In this document: positions 44,844 through 59,468 of the stretch, piece after piece
Numbering within the stretch: the first letter of the stretch is position 1
Layout of the letters: every line of letters begins with the position of its first letter
NCBI GenBank assembly: GCA_000165425.1
Contig: CT868241.1
Span: forward strand, 124,001 to 188,000
Reading direction: 5' to 3'
Source of the DNA: Paramecium tetraurelia
Lineage: Eukaryota
Length of the DNA stretch: 64,000 nt
The notes under the pieces: generated by a model
Told to the model about the DNA's origin: nothing
Database searches by the model: none
Seen by the model: only the letters and a program-made list of their open reading frames with translations
Program-made: the position numbers and the translations under genes

Positions 44844-47800
44844 TCATTTCTAAAAATCGCTTTGGCCAATCATAGAATCATCATTCTATCCTTGCTAATT
44901 ACCATAAAAGTAATATTTATTATTTTAAAATGATTGTTAAGTTTGAGGAACAACTTTTTCAAAATTAGTTATATCAGCTAAATTAGTTTTCTTGAGCACC
45001 GATATATTAGCTGACGAAGTTGAAGTATTATTTGAATGTGTTGGACTTAATTTTTAGAGACCAATAGCTAAAATATTAATACAAAAATTACTTGAAACAT
45101 TATTGATTGGATTTCTATATTTGTTACCTGTCATAATATTATTGCTAGTCATATTATGAGCAGCTACACTTCTTCTTGTTGCTCTTTATTCATTTTTCAA
45201 CTTTTCATTATCTCTCAGTAACAACTCTTCTTTCTTTCTTAATCTATCTAACTAATCTGTCAATTCATTCTTAAGATTATTTAAATGATCTCTATCCAAA
45301 TTCCACTTAGCTCTTTCTTTTTCAAATTCAAAGATTAAAGTGGATCTCTTACTCTCTACTTCCTTGTATTTAGTTTCCAATTCAGTAATTTTCGCCTTTA
45401 AGCTTTCTCTTTCCTATTCCAACATTCTCTGATAATCCAAGATCTTTTGATCTCTGTCTTATTTAATGTTTTCTATTTCTTATTACAACCTTTTCTCATT
45501 GTCTAGCATCTCTGCAAACTTCTTTTCTGACAATAATTAGTTTCCGATCTTTCCATGTTGATCAATCAATATTTTATCTTTATGAGTCTTAACCTCCTTC
45601 TATAACCTTCGAATTTTATCCTCATAATCTTAGACTATTCTTTAGTGGGTTTGGTTTGCTTCTTCTATTTAAGCTTGATATTTTCTTTCCACACTTAGCA
45701 ATAATTCATTTAAATTATTTTCTTACTCATCTTTTTCATTTGATCTAGCTCTTTGTAAATGCATTAATGTCATTTCAAATTTTTTAAGAGCATCTACTAA
45801 ATCTTATTTGGCTTATTCCTTTTGTTACTCCAAGAATTAGAATTTTCCTTCCCATAAAGCTTTATCTCTTTCATAACTAGTGTAAATTTCACTCTTATCC
45901 TACTCTAATTACAGATTTAATTATTTATATTTTTCTAATTCTTATTGTAACTATTTCTTCTCCTAAGCAATTTGTTCTCTCAATTATGCTTATTACTAAG
46001 TTATTGTTGCTGTTTCATCTTTTAATTTTGATTCTAATTCATTTTTTCTAGCTTCAAGATGTCCCAACTTCTCAGTCAAAATTGCTTTTTCTCTTTCCAA
46101 TGTAGAAGCTTGTTTATTATATTAATATTCAGCTTCTTTTAACTATTTCTTATTCTTTTCATATTTAGTTTCAATTGCAGTTTTCTCTTCTTATGCTCTT
46201 TCTAATTTTTATTCCAATTCAACCAAATATTCATTCTTTTACTATTTAAGCTTTTCATCGAATCTTGATTATTATGTATCTAATTATCTTTATAAATCTT
46301 CAATCTTCTTTTGCAAAAATTCATTCTATTATTAAATTAATGCTGTTTCTCTTCCATATTCAATCTTCTTTTCCAAAAATTCATCATTCATTTTTTATAA
46401 TCTTAATTTAGTTTCTTCTAATCTTTCTAATTATTCCTTCTTCTCTTCCTGCCATTCCTTTCTTGATTACTCAAATTATTACTCCTTTCTTGATTTTTCA
46501 TTTTCTAGTAAATCTTTCTTTTATTATAAAGCCATATGTTCCTTTTATAAATTATTCAATTGACTAGATAGAACATCAATCTTTTAGATTAAGCTCTTTC
46601 TTTCAGTTGTAAATGAATTCATTTATTACTCTAATGTAGCATTATTATTATTTTGAAGAGAAATTAATTATTCTTTAGTTTCTTTTATATGCTTTTCGAA
46701 AATTTCAATAGTTTATTACTTCAAAGCAATCTCATGATCATATTATTATATTGTGTTTGTGTATTATTAAACTTGATCTCTTAAATCATCCTTTAAATTT
46801 TCAATTTCTTCTTCATAATTTTACTCTGTCTCTCTAAGTTTATGATAGAATTCCTCTTAAGCTGCTTAGAACTTTTTGTCACTCTTCTCCTTTTCTTCAC
46901 AAATTCTTCTTTCTAGTCTTTCTCTTTCAATTTCATAGAAATTCTTTAATTAAGTTAGAGATTCCTCAGCTTTGGCCTAGGCTAAATTAACTTCCTTCGC
47001 AATTTTTGCATCAGCTTCATCAATAGCTTATTCCAATTATTTAATTTTCTTCTAATATCTGAGTTCCTATTCTTTCAAAATTTATAACTTTTATCCATCC
47101 AACATTTTATTCTACTCTAACAATTTATTTCTTTATTCTTCAGTGGTTGCTAATTGTTCTTTTAAATTTTCTAATTCCTTTATCAAGTCTCCAGTTTCAA
47201 ATTTAACCTTTAATTCTAATTCATTATTCCTTTCATTCAATTGATCAATCTATTGCTACAATCTTTTCTTTGTGTTTTCATATTCATTTTCAACACTCTT
47301 TAATTCTCTTTTATGTTGTTCTCTTAAGTCATTCATTTTAGCTGCATCAATTTTATAAGTAGACTCATTGCTTGAATTTTCAAATGCCTTCATAATAGCC
47401 TCATGAGACTTCTTATTTTCTTCTATTTATTTCTTATACTCATCTAATTGAACTTCCATAAATTCCATCTTCTATTACATTAAAGCCTTATCTTTCTCGC
47501 TCTAACTTCGTGCCTATTTTAATTAGTCATCTTTAGATTTGATAAGATCTTCTAAGTTTTATACTTTCTCAACCATCTCATTAACCTAGTTATTGGCATC
47601 ATTCTTTAACATTAATTAAACCTATTCTTCATTTCTTCTATACTCTCTTAATTCTCTTGTCAAGGCTTATATTTATTCATTCAACTCTAAGTTTTATTTT
47701 GTCAGACTTCTCTCCTTATGTTCAAATTTCTTAAAATCATTTTCAAAATTAGTTTCCTTTTCAACTAATTCATTCTCCATCTCGTTTAATTTCTCTTGCA

Positions 47801-49829
47801 TATCATTTAGTTTTTACTGTAATTGACGAACCGATTAATCAGCTTTACTTTACTAATCTTTTGATTGCAAAGAGTATTCTTTTCTCAAATTTTTTATTTC
47901 ATTTTAATAATCTATTTCCTTAGCATTCATTTCATTTACTAATTTTTCAAAGAATGTAATCTTTTATTCTAATAAGGCTCTCTCTTTTTCAAATTCAGAA
48001 TTGCCAAAAAGTGTTGTTCTTTCTAAATCCTTATTAAATTCTTCAGCTTTCAACACTTAACCTTTTAATTCCTAAATTTGTCTCATTAATTCATTTTTTT
48101 CATTTTCAGACTCTAGTTTTAAATCTCTTTCAACCTAATCCTTTTAAATTTTAAGTTCTTCCAAATTATCTCTAGCTACTTATTCTCTCAATTCAATTTC
48201 AGTCTTCTCACTCTCGATCTAAGCTAATTTCATTAAAAGATTATTCTTATCTTTTAAGCCATCTTGTCTAGCTTCTTTTAATTCTAATTCAAGCTTCTTT
48301 TAAGTTTCCTAAGCCACATTCTTCATCATTTCAGTTTCTTAAGAATATTATCTGATAAACAAATTCGATCCTTCAATCAAGGCTCTCTAAAGGAATTCTA
48401 ATATAATTTAATTTCTGGTTCCCACTCTTGGACCATTTTCAATAAAGAAATTATAGAACATCTTGATGTCTTTCTCATACTCACCAAAGGATCTATATTC
48501 GCCTAGTTTCAGTTTCCTATCAATAGGTTAGAATTCTTATTAAATGAATTATGAGCACATCCTTGAACCCTCTCTATCATTTTCTTATTTAACTGCAGCA
48601 AATCTATTTTTAATACGCTTTGATAATTCATTTTTAAATTCTTCATATTCTCCTACACATTTTTTCTTAAATAAAGCGAATGCCTATTCCTTGAGACTTC
48701 TGTTGAAGGCTTTTAAGTCTTCATTGGAGATTGGAAATCTATTATGAAGATTTTCTTTCAGGATTTATTCATAGGTATCAAATGCCTCAGCTACTGCCTT
48801 TTGGCATTCATTTTTACAAATATAGGTCCATGCTGATTCGATAGCTGGAACTGCTCCATTGTTAATGGCAGTCACATATGATTTAATAAGATCGCAATAC
48901 ATTTGGCCAGAAAGAGTTTTGCCATTCATTGTTTTTGGTCTAATTCTATTCAATATCTTCTTTCTTAGATTAATGACTTATTCAAAGAATTCAGGTCTCA
49001 ACTTATCAAATTCTAAGTTCTCTAAGTTCTGGAGACTGCTTTCTTTTGTTAACGGTCTTACTAAGGTGATGCAATCTCTATCTTTGAAAAAAGCAGAGAG
49101 CAATTTTCTAATTTTATTTTTTTAATCAATCCCATCTGATGCTCCTTTTTGAATTGTTAATGCATTTTCTAAATAATCTTTGGAGGTTATTTGTTCATTG
49201 TTTCGATCCACTAATTAAAGAGTGAAATCTCGAACAACCCAATAGAATTAAGGAAAGTATTAGGATAAATCTTCAAGATCTGTAGTTGATTATCCACTAA
49301 AAGCTTATTAATATTGTATTACCTTTTGAGTTGAATGTTTTTGGTAAGATTAACAACCAAACTCAAGTTTTGGAGGGCATTTTCATCGATGCTGCCAACT
49401 GAATTATAAATAAAGCAGGAAGTTAAAAGTATAGTTAATGAAAATATTCTGATATCGTGAGTCGAATCCTCATCAGGAGCACCAAGTCCTTCACTATCAA
49501 CAACCAATATTGAACAGCTTTCACCATCACTCGTCTATCCAAGGAGTGGTTTACCCCACATCCAGAGTCCTTTTGTGCATGGCAACACAGTTGGACCTAC
49601 TCCAAAACCATCAGATCTATTCAGCAACATCCTATTCAATAGGTACGATTTCCCTGTTCTATACATTCCAGCTACACCGACAATTCCTATCGGAGATGGA
49701 ATGTTTTTAATAATCTCTATTGCATCAGGGTTTACTTAGTAAGCTTTTTGTAGTATAGTAAAATTTACTTTATGTTTCCTAAGAGTAAAATATTAAAGGC
49801 ATGGCCTCTTCTCTAAAGGATTTCTTCAT
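44844..49829 (-). CDS. Guanylate-binding protein (GBP) family GTPase with very long coiled-coil tail
   Basis: VAGMYRTGKSYLLN, CTKGLWMW, DSEGLG, WVVRDF; more than 1,000 aa of heptad-rich E/K/Q sequence downstream. Confidence 0.92.
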
Positions 49830-50368
49830 GTTTGATAAATTTGAATTTGAAATTAATGAAATTATATACTCAATTGTTAACTGCTATATAAATATTCATA
49901 TGAGAAATTTTAATCATTTTGAATAGTTTTTTTTAGTTTTAAGAGCATAGTCATCTTCATTTGCAATACTATGAACCTGCACAGAAAGCTGAGATAATTA
50001 TAGAAGTTCTGATGGATTTGAGATTGATGGTCAAAATTAATCCTAATAATCTATGTAGAAAAAATATGGAAAAATTTATAATAATATGGTCTTGCACTGA
50101 AACCTTTAATTATTTTATTTAATGTTTTGACAATTATTCAACATTGTTAATAAAGTTCTATTCTCTACTCAGTAATTCTATTTTGGGAATATATCAGAAT
50201 ATAATAATATTATGATATTGATTTTAGTTTGATAGGTTATAGTATGGACTATGACGTTCTTAGAAATTATAATTGTAAATAATTTTATTGAATCATCGTT
50301 GAAAAATGTTTCATCTCATGATTTAATATAAATACAAGAATTCGTCATTAAGAAATTAATAAATAAAT

Positions 50369-51803
50369 ATGCATACTCCATAAGACTAATTACGAAAAGC
50401 TTTAAAGAGATACAATAATGGGGACAAGTAAAACAATAACCGAAATTGCCGATCACAATAGCTACAAATGCCGCAAGTACCAAAAGGAATGTTAAGTATG
50501 AACAGTACTCAAAAATCAGAAAGAAATGCCAAATTGAGTGACACAGGTAAATCAATATAATTATAGTAGATACAACTGATGTGACCCATTACAATTTGAA
50601 TTTTTCATAGCCCATTCAGTCTTGTTACTAAGTGGAACACTTAGATCTCAATTTCTTTAAAATTCAACCCTGCAAAATTCCTGGAAATCACAGTCACAAG
50701 CATTGCCCCTTTTATCACAATGCTAAGGATCGAAAAAGGTATTAATTAAAATATAAATTTAGAGTTAATGTCTAGTATTCAGCTGAATTATGTACATATA
50801 TTGAAAGTAATCAACAATGTCCATATGCAGACAATTGTAATAAAGCTCACAATAGAGTGGAGTAACTATATAGAGCAGATAATTACAAGACAAAATTCTG
50901 TTCTTACTATCCTCACAATATTTCTTAATGTGATTATGGAAAATTTTGCTCTTTCGCACATTCTGAAACAGATATTGTTATAGAATTAATCCATAACCTT
51001 GAATATGACGATGATTTCTTTATGTTCTATTACAAAACAGTTTGGTGTCCCTTCAACCTTACATAGCATGATAAAGCACTCTGTGTTTACGCTCATAATT
51101 GGCAAGACTTTAGAAGGAAACCTTAAATTTATTAATATCATCCAATTCCATGTCCAAGTTGGAACACAGCTGAATACATTTTAGAATACTACAATGGATG
51201 CTAAGATGGGTTTAATTGTGGGAAATGTCATGGATGGAAAGAACTAGAATATCATCCGATGTTGTTTAGAACAAAATAATGTATAAATTAAAACTGTTCA
51301 AAAACTGATTGTTCATTTTATCATAATAACTAAGAAAAAAGGTATAAATATCAAATAAACTTAATAGATAGATTGACCAATTATCATAATTTAGAGTATT
51401 TAAGATAGTTCCTAGAAATCGAATAGTTTAAAACACTTTTAAAGTGAGAGATCACAGTTTGTTGACTTCACAAAGAAATGGTAGTAGCACACCTAGTTAC
51501 TAAAAATTATGTGGTAGTGATTAACATTGGTTGGGACACAACTTACAAAATAGTTTTTAGTATGATCAGGATTCTGATGAGGGTAAATAAAATGTCAAAG
51601 GATAACACTATTAGACGACCTTAATATCAATTTAAGAAAGAACAGGTACAATTTAATCGTAATTGATTTTAGATTCAGATGAATTGAAGGATTTGAAGGA
51701 TCTAATGAGAAAGAAATCGAATTCAGTGGTAGATGAAAAATAAAATAATGATGACAATGAACATGTTAGAACAGTTTTGAAAATGATCGACATGGATCAA
51801 TGA
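50369..51803 (+). CDS. Unkempt-like tandem CCCH zinc-finger protein
   Basis: FKIQPC..HSHKHCPFYHNAKDRKR, CPYADNCNKAHNRVEQLY, YKTKFC, YKTVWCP..HDKALCVYAH, CHGWKELEYHP. Confidence 0.88.
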
Positions 51804-51869
51804 ATAAATATTTTTATTTAATTCAAGAACTCCCTCTTATAAATAAATAATTAAAAATATTTGAATTGA

Positions 51870-53951
51870 ATGTAAGGTAATCAAGGTTCTCAGAAAAAAG
51901 ATATCGAAATTGGTTCCTGTCCGTTTTCAGATGCAATGAAACTACCCAAAGGTCATGAGAAATATACAGACAAATCAAAATGTCCATTCTAACAAATGTA
52001 GTAGCAACCTGAAATCAAAATAACTGATGGCAGTACTGAAAAGAAGAAAGAAAAGAAAGAAAAGCAACCTAAAGGCGGATGTCCTTTTATGTCAAGTGAA
52101 AAAAAAAGAAATCCCCCTCTTGCTCATCTTGAAGAATAATACGACACTTATTACATTAGTCCACTCAATTATCTTCTAGATACAAGAGGATTATGGATGC
52201 TTGCTTTCGATTCCAAAGAAGTTAAAAAAGGTAAGAGTTCATAACAATTCTCCATATAGGTCCAATCAAAGACAGAAGAAAAACATTCGACTCTTATCCT
52301 ATTTATTTGAAAAGTACTTTATTCCATGATGATGAAAATACAAAAAAACTAAGATAATGCGAAGTGGCTCAAAGATTCTTTGTTTATGACAAGTTCAGAG
52401 AGAAGGGTAATTCAATTATTAACAAAGGCAACAAATTACTATTAAAATAAGACTATGAAGAGGCTATTCGATACTATGAAAGAGCACTCGGTTGTTTTAG
52501 ATACTTGGAAGTAGTTGAACCACCTGAAGACGACAGTGAGGAAGAAGAGACGGCATAAGATATAACGAATTTAACTGAAAAACAAAAGAAGGAACTCGAT
52601 GACATGAAAAAATCTGCTAAACAATACAGGAAGGAACAGAAAGATTTCAAAAAACAATATAAATCCTTAATGACCATTTATACAGATGAAAATGTTAAAT
52701 ACAGAGGTGTTGAGCATATTGAAGTAATTAGTCATATATATACAAATTAAGGATGAAGCTGATAAAGATATGTGCAATTCTATTATGTATGGTCTATACT
52801 TGAATATGTCAGTCTGTTATATGAAAATGTCTCACTTTGATTTAGCTAGGAAGATCTTAGATGATGCTGGTTAAATCCAAAAAGAGAATTCTTAATATCT
52901 ATTTAGGTATTCTCAGGCAATTCTTTACGATAAATGGTCTACCTACTCAGATTTAATTAAAGCAAAGGAATTAATCGAAAAAGCTATTACTTTATCTAAT
53001 GTTGAAAACATCTTCAAATAAGGTCCAGGAATACTTAAATTAATGGGTTTGGAAAACGCCAAAGAAATTTACGTTGAACATGCCCATAAAGTTATGGAAG
53101 CAATAAAATAGAAGAGACAATGGGTCATCGATTTAATAGAGCCTTTATTTTAGAGAACCAAAGAAATTGATGAAATTGAATAAGAAATGATTGAAGATGG
53201 AAAAGTACCATATGAAGAAGGCGTAACAGATGTTGTAGATCCAGAAGACATGGTTTAACAATAGTGTGAAACGCAAAAATAATTCTTATACAGAATGTGC
53301 ATGCCACAATTAACCCAAGCACATTAGGAATATGAAATCGTTAAAGAAATGGTTAACAAATATTACAGAATCATTGAATTCTATGCAGTATCAATATTAA
53401 CATATTATTATAGGAATAAAAGAAATATGATTAAGTCAAGATTGCTAAGGCAGAACTCTAAAGATTATTAGAAACTGTCTAAGCTATGTCATTCTTTATG
53501 AATTTAGATTTCATTGATTATGACAATGACGAATAACTCAAAGAATTAACCTTAAAATATCAAATCAATTTTACAGATAAGAAATACATTCGAAGACTCA
53601 TTCGTCTATGCAGAGAGCAAGTTAATGAACTCTTCGGTTAAGGCAAATTTAACTTTGAAGTATATATTCATATTTATAAGGTTTTTGAATATGCAATGAA
53701 TGACTACTTTAAAAAGAAAAGAGAACAGTAAGAAAAAGAAAAAGAAGAATATTTAAAACAACATCCTGAACCAGTAAAACCAAATTAATAATCTTCATTC
53801 TTAAAGAAAACTCTATTCTCATCTGAATTCTGGATGCAAGTACTAATAATTTCTATTTTAGATGTTTGTCTTATTATTAGTTATGGCTGGAATGTACTAC
53901 TTTAATAGTAATACAGGTTTCATTGGCAAGCTTTTTTCCCTCAAAAAATGA
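51870..53951 (+). CDS. TPR-containing protein with three N-terminal CPF motifs and a C-terminal TM anchor
   Basis: GSCPF, SKCPF, GGCPF; TPR-like REKGN..YEEAIRYYERAL, LYLNMSVCYMKM; tail FWMQMFVLLLVMAGMYYF. Confidence 0.8.
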
Positions 53952-54032
53952 CAGAATACTCAAAATTGAAAAAAAGATCCCATTATATTTTTATTTTCAT
54001 AAAAATATATACAAATTCATTAATACATCTTC

Positions 54033-54795
54033 TCATAATTTTGAAAAATCTACTAACATTTTGTTTGTATTTAATCTAACAGTAAAATCCTTCTGATTTG
54101 GGTTTTATAAATCAATATATGCTTTCTCAGCATCCACTTTCAAAGCCTTGGCTAAATCTTTGCATTCTATTTTATCAATAAATGGCAAATATTTAAGGAG
54201 TGTCTCTCCAAATCTTTCATCATTTACTCTGTTTAATATGGCTCCTGCTCTATGAATAGTCAAATAGGGAAATTATTATTTGGTCAAAGCCTCTTCAACA
54301 AGTCCTTTAACTCTTGTGTAGAGAAACATAGATCCTTTATCAGCTCCTATTGAAGTTAATAAGGAATAATGAGGGATAGCTATTAATTTAAACTAAGGTG
54401 AATACCATTTGCCCTGGCTATATTACCTCCATAGATTGGATAAGTGAGATCGACCTTTGTAAATTGAGCATCTCCCTCTTTTACTCTAGATCCAAGGACA
54501 CAAAAGAATGTATTATAATTGGCAAACTTCTTCCATTCTTCTGTCTTCTCAAGAATGTCCAAGTTGTCAACTTAAGTTATTCTTAATTTGTGTTTATCTG
54601 TAATATATTATAAGGAAGTTACTTGGTAATGTATCCCATTATTCTAATTTTCGACGAACAATTACAGCAACCTCAGCCCATTTAGGAGAGTTGGTCAATT
54701 CTATTACTAATTCCTTAGTTATTTAATGATGAATATACTCTTCCAACAGCTCCAGAAGCACCTAAAATGACTGCTCTCAAACCAGTTTAATCCAT
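54033..54795 (-). CDS. HTATIP2/TIP30/Fmp52-like NAD(P)-binding oxidoreductase
   Basis: VILGASGAVGRELV, FCVLGS, KVDL, LLTSIGADKGSMFLYTRVKGLVEE. Confidence 0.88.
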
Positions 54796-54882
54796 GATTG
54801 TGTAAATAAAATAAAAAATGAATTTCCTAATTCTTAGAAAGATTAAATAACCTATATAATTAAAATATAAACAAAGTTATAA

Positions 54883-56460
54883 TCATTTATAAATACAAGA
54901 TTCTATCAGCTCTACTTTTTCTTATGCTTTATTTTTATGATGATTGCTATTGTTGTTTTAAGAATGAAAATGGACATACTCAGACTTGGCAGCATGAGTA
55001 GACAAACTTTTACTTTATGGTTTTATTTCTGAAAAGAGGATCGAGCTCCCATATTAAACCAAGGGAACAGGTTCCTCATTTTCAGATTCTGTCTAAGATT
55101 AATTGCTTTCAGCTTTCTAAAACTTATATACAGAAGATTGGAAATTCTGAAAATAACTCAATTTCATTTGCTAATAAAATCTAGTAAAGTTTTCTTCTGA
55201 CTGATTGTTGAGCAAGCCATAAAGAGCAAACAAATCAACTAATTTCATGATTCCAACTTGATTTTTTAGATCTTTAATTAGTTTTTTATATTTATAAACC
55301 TTCTTCATATTTTTGGAGATGCATTCATAAAGATAACTTAGTTATTGATTCTAAGTAATTTGTGATACCTCTCCATAATAAATAATTCTGCCCATAAATT
55401 ACCCTTCGTTGTAGACATTTTAAATTTCAATACTACAATATAGTCTTGATTGAGCACTATAGTTTAATAACATTAAATACCTTTATTTTATGCCTTAACG
55501 CAACTATGATACCATTTCGTGATAATCAATCTTTGGTGATAAAATAATGATCATGTCGTGAGCCAATGTTAGATATTCCTAAATAACAAAGGAAATGGGT
55601 GTGTCTTAAATATGCAATAAATCTGATAATTATAATGATATTTACTTAAAATAACAGTGTCCAATTTATCAGTAATGTCTGATTTAAATATATAATTCAC
55701 TTTATCCTGAGATTTTAAGATGTCCAACGCATAATTTAATATATTTCTATATGTTTTTGATTCTTGGATGTAATAAACTTCTTAGCTTGAGAGGGCATGT
55801 TTAATCAAGAAACTTCCTGTTGGATCATGAGCAATCAGTAATTTATCATTCTTAACTCTTTAGTAAGTTTGTTCTGTTATAAAATGTGGAACTAACTGTT
55901 TTACAAATTACACTTCTTAAATAGGATTAATCTAAGTTTGATATCAGTGAAATACATCATAGAATCTCTTTGTTTCATTTAATACTTTCATGATAAATGG
56001 TGAAAAGGAGTCTTTGCATGATGACGTAGTAGCTTAATTAATGCTAATTATTTTAGCTAATAAACCATCCCCTAGGTGCATAAGTCTCATTTGGTCATTA
56101 CTTGTCTTTGTTTCCTAAATTGAATTAATATGTACTTCATATTTGATGGCTGATAGTTCAGTGTCATTTGGTAATTAGATTTATGATTTTTGATTGTTTC
56201 CCTAATAATAACCATTTATAAAATCGATGTATTCCTTGTATTCCCTTGATTAATCGCCTCTTTATCCAAATTCTACCGATTAACATTACAATACATTAAT
56301 TTATACTATTTTCTACATTTGCTGTGTAATCTAGATTCAAAAATGGTTTCATAGATTTTCTTTTCATATTTGCTTGGAGACTGGTTGCTATCTATTAATT
56401 TTCAGTATCTTGACTCTTTTCATTTAGATCCGTTCCTCTTGGACCGCATAAGCAAAACAT
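54883..56460 (-). CDS. Hypothetical protein with N-terminal Cys pair (MFCLCG)
   Basis: Multi-exon frame from MFCLCGPRG to ELIESCIYK-TGA; no family recognised. Confidence 0.6.
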
Positions 56461-56679
56461 GCAATTAGAATAATTAAATATTTTATAATCCAATGAGGAA
56501 TTTTATTTATAGAATAATTATTATTTTATGTTCATCAGAAATAATTAATAAATGCATCATATTTAAAAGGAAATGATTAATTAACTATCGATTATTAATA
56601 TGTTTAAATGGAAAGTTTTACATCGTAAAAAATTAATATATTTATTTTTTAAAATTAATTGAATTACAATCATATAATA

Positions 56680-57590
56680 ATGGTTAAGTTTGTTTAAATA
56701 CTAAGTCTGAAGAACGTGTTATCGAAGCTCATTACTTATAAAGAGACACTGCTTCGATAAACTTCATTCTTAGCTTCCTCTCTAAATTAAAATCAGTGTC
56801 TCAATCAAATTCACTCACAAGAATTGCAAGTCAAAAAAAATAATGAAATTCTTAGACTGTTAGAGTCAAAGTGCAACAGTCTAAAGTCAGAATCACAAGA
56901 AGAGTACTTCCAAGTCATGGAGTAGACCATTCAACTCTTAGATTAGCAACTCCAACTAATCAATAAAAGTAAGAAAACATGTTTATTATTTTAGTTATGA
57001 AAAAGCAGAATATTAGAAATTAAATCAAATACTCTTCCTTAAGATCAAATATTCTAGAAAAAGCAGCCAATCATTTCTACGAAATTTGGTAATTTGATTC
57101 TGAAAATATGGATTACCTATAAAAATATTTAGATGTATATATATTTTATCTATTAAAGATTGTCAAATGCTTCAAAGGAACTTTGTGTGATCAATATCTC
57201 GAGGGACTTTGCAAATATGCACAATACACCTAAGACTACGAAGAACTTGCTAACATCTATAGTCAACTTGAAATGAATAAATTTTCTGAGACTTAAAAAA
57301 GATGTGCCATGACTCTTTTCATGCTAACACAAGATGAACTCTACTATGAACACTTCCTTTTAAATGAATCCAATTTGGTGGATTAATCATTTGAAATCAG
57401 AGTAATTATTTAATCACTATTTTAGTTTCATCTCTTTGCTACTCAATATTTCCAGTAATAGAACTGCTACCATACAACAAAATTTCACAAATAACAATGT
57501 GAAGATATGTCATCCGAATATTAGAGATCCATTGCAAAAAGCAACTTGGAACTTTAATTGTCATTCATGAAAAACTAAAGCAATCACTGA
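56680..57590 (+). CDS. Hypothetical helical protein
   Basis: Frame is continuous after removing three short GT-AG introns; ends KNQSNH-TGA. Confidence 0.65.
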
Positions 57591-57730
57591 TTGTGATTTG
57601 TAACCAGTTTTATATATATTATAATTATTATGTGACTTATAATATCCTATGAATCTTTAATTTCTTTTAAATAATAGAATTATAAATTAAAAATTTATAA
57701 TAGAAAACTTTTACAATAATGGTTTTCACT

Positions 57731-59468
57731 TCATCCTATTTAAGATTTTGCTAGAGATTAGTACCTACTCTAAGAGATAACCTTCCTTTCATAGAAATCC
57801 TATGGTAGTTTAAGTTTACGAAGAAAGTATTCAGGTCTAGTTTTTACTAAGTGTGAGTTTAACAAAGTTTCCAAGAACTCCTGAACAATTACTTTCCTTC
57901 CATCATTTGACTCCTTGTTTAATCTATTCTTTATCCAATTTTAGAATAAAATACTAGATCCCAATTCCTCCTGTGATTCTTTCTAAAACTCATTTTAAAG
58001 CTTTTTCTGCAATTTCAATAGAACCTTGTGTCTTGTTTAGGTTGCGTAACTTTAGGATTAATTGATTATCTAATCATTAAAATTCATCTATTACTGTTAT
58101 ATTGTACTAAGCATAGGTTTTCAAAAGTTCTTATCCCCTTGTTATGGATACTATTTAAACTTTAATTAGAGAATAAGCTTATGTTTTCGCTTTTTTGAAA
58201 CTCCTTAGAGATGCATTATTTTTCAGGTTAGCCAATATTGCATCGAATTCCTATAATAGTTTTAATTTTTATTCTTAATCTTAACAAGTAAACCACATCT
58301 TTTATTCACCAGCAAGTAAAGTAAAATTTAAAGAAGGCAATTACTCACTTTCATAATGAGATTATAAATCCAAAAATGAATAAGTAATCAAACTTTCCTT
58401 TATATATTTTTAATTTTCTTCATTTATTTTTGTTAATACAATAAGGTCTGTACATAAATATAAATTAATCGGTTCTTCTTTTCCGTCATAAATAATACTT
58501 AAAGACTCAGTCAAAATAAATTATCGAGTGGATTCCACAATTTGCACATTAATCAGATTAAAAAACTTGTATTAAAGTTCAAATAGGGCTTGATTTTTGA
58601 GGATGCTAAAATATTCATATCAAGAATTAATTTACTTTCCCATAAGCAAATCGATCTATTGAGTCACAGAAGCGAAGGAGTTCAATGTTTTCTATAAATC
58701 TTAATAATCAGGATGATCCTTCCAAGTGTATTTTACCACACTTGTTATTAATAAAGAATATCGAGGTAATCTTTAAACAGGCTTTATTAAAAATGAATTC
58801 AGATCGCCACCCTTAAATACACAAGCTTCCTCTAAATTTTTTAAGAAATTATCGAAATCTTAATACTAATTTCTTAAAATTGATATTTAATCGATATTGA
58901 ACTCTTGCAAATATTGAAAATACATCTTAAAAAAAGGAATATACTTTAAAAATATTTGACCTACACATACATTATTATGATAAAACTCTAACTTTTCTAA
59001 TAATATATAAATTGAGTACTTTATAATTCTCTTAAAAAGGTTTTGTTTAAATCATATATTTAACTTATATTACTAAAGGCTTTTTATATTTCATTCTCTG
59101 GTAATAGCTTCATTTCCTTCACATTTTTTACTACTTTTTCAAGAACAATTTTCATATCAGCCAAATATGTGGTTTCAGTTTATATGAGTTCTTCATAAAC
59201 TTTTCTTCTTTTAACAGCCCATACTTTCAAGCATTTATAATTTTTTTTTTTAATAAGCATTCTACAATATGCCTGGATTAGACAAATTTTCTTTCTTATG
59301 TAAATCATTTAATAAATACATCACTTCAGGCTAAAGGTAATCATAAACTGTAAAATCAATTCTAATTATATTATGAGACACTTACTAATCAGCTATCTTT
59401 GTTTATTCAGCCTTTAAACAATTTTAAATTCTGATATTTTACTAATCTTCAATCTTTTAATTGATCAT
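57731..59468 (-). CDS. RhoGEF (DH domain) with IQ motif, putative PH region and C-terminal PX-like domain
   Basis: LIQAYCR (IQ); RRKVYEELIQTETTYLADM; FLIKPVQRLPRYSLL..YTWKDHPDY; TRHKVLLKLQKKL...GRKVIVQEFLETLL. Confidence 0.85.

Noticed and set aside
54883..55248. Apparent stand-alone small gene starting MKLVDLF
   Set aside because: It is in frame with the upstream exon and is the C-terminus of the 54883-56460 gene.
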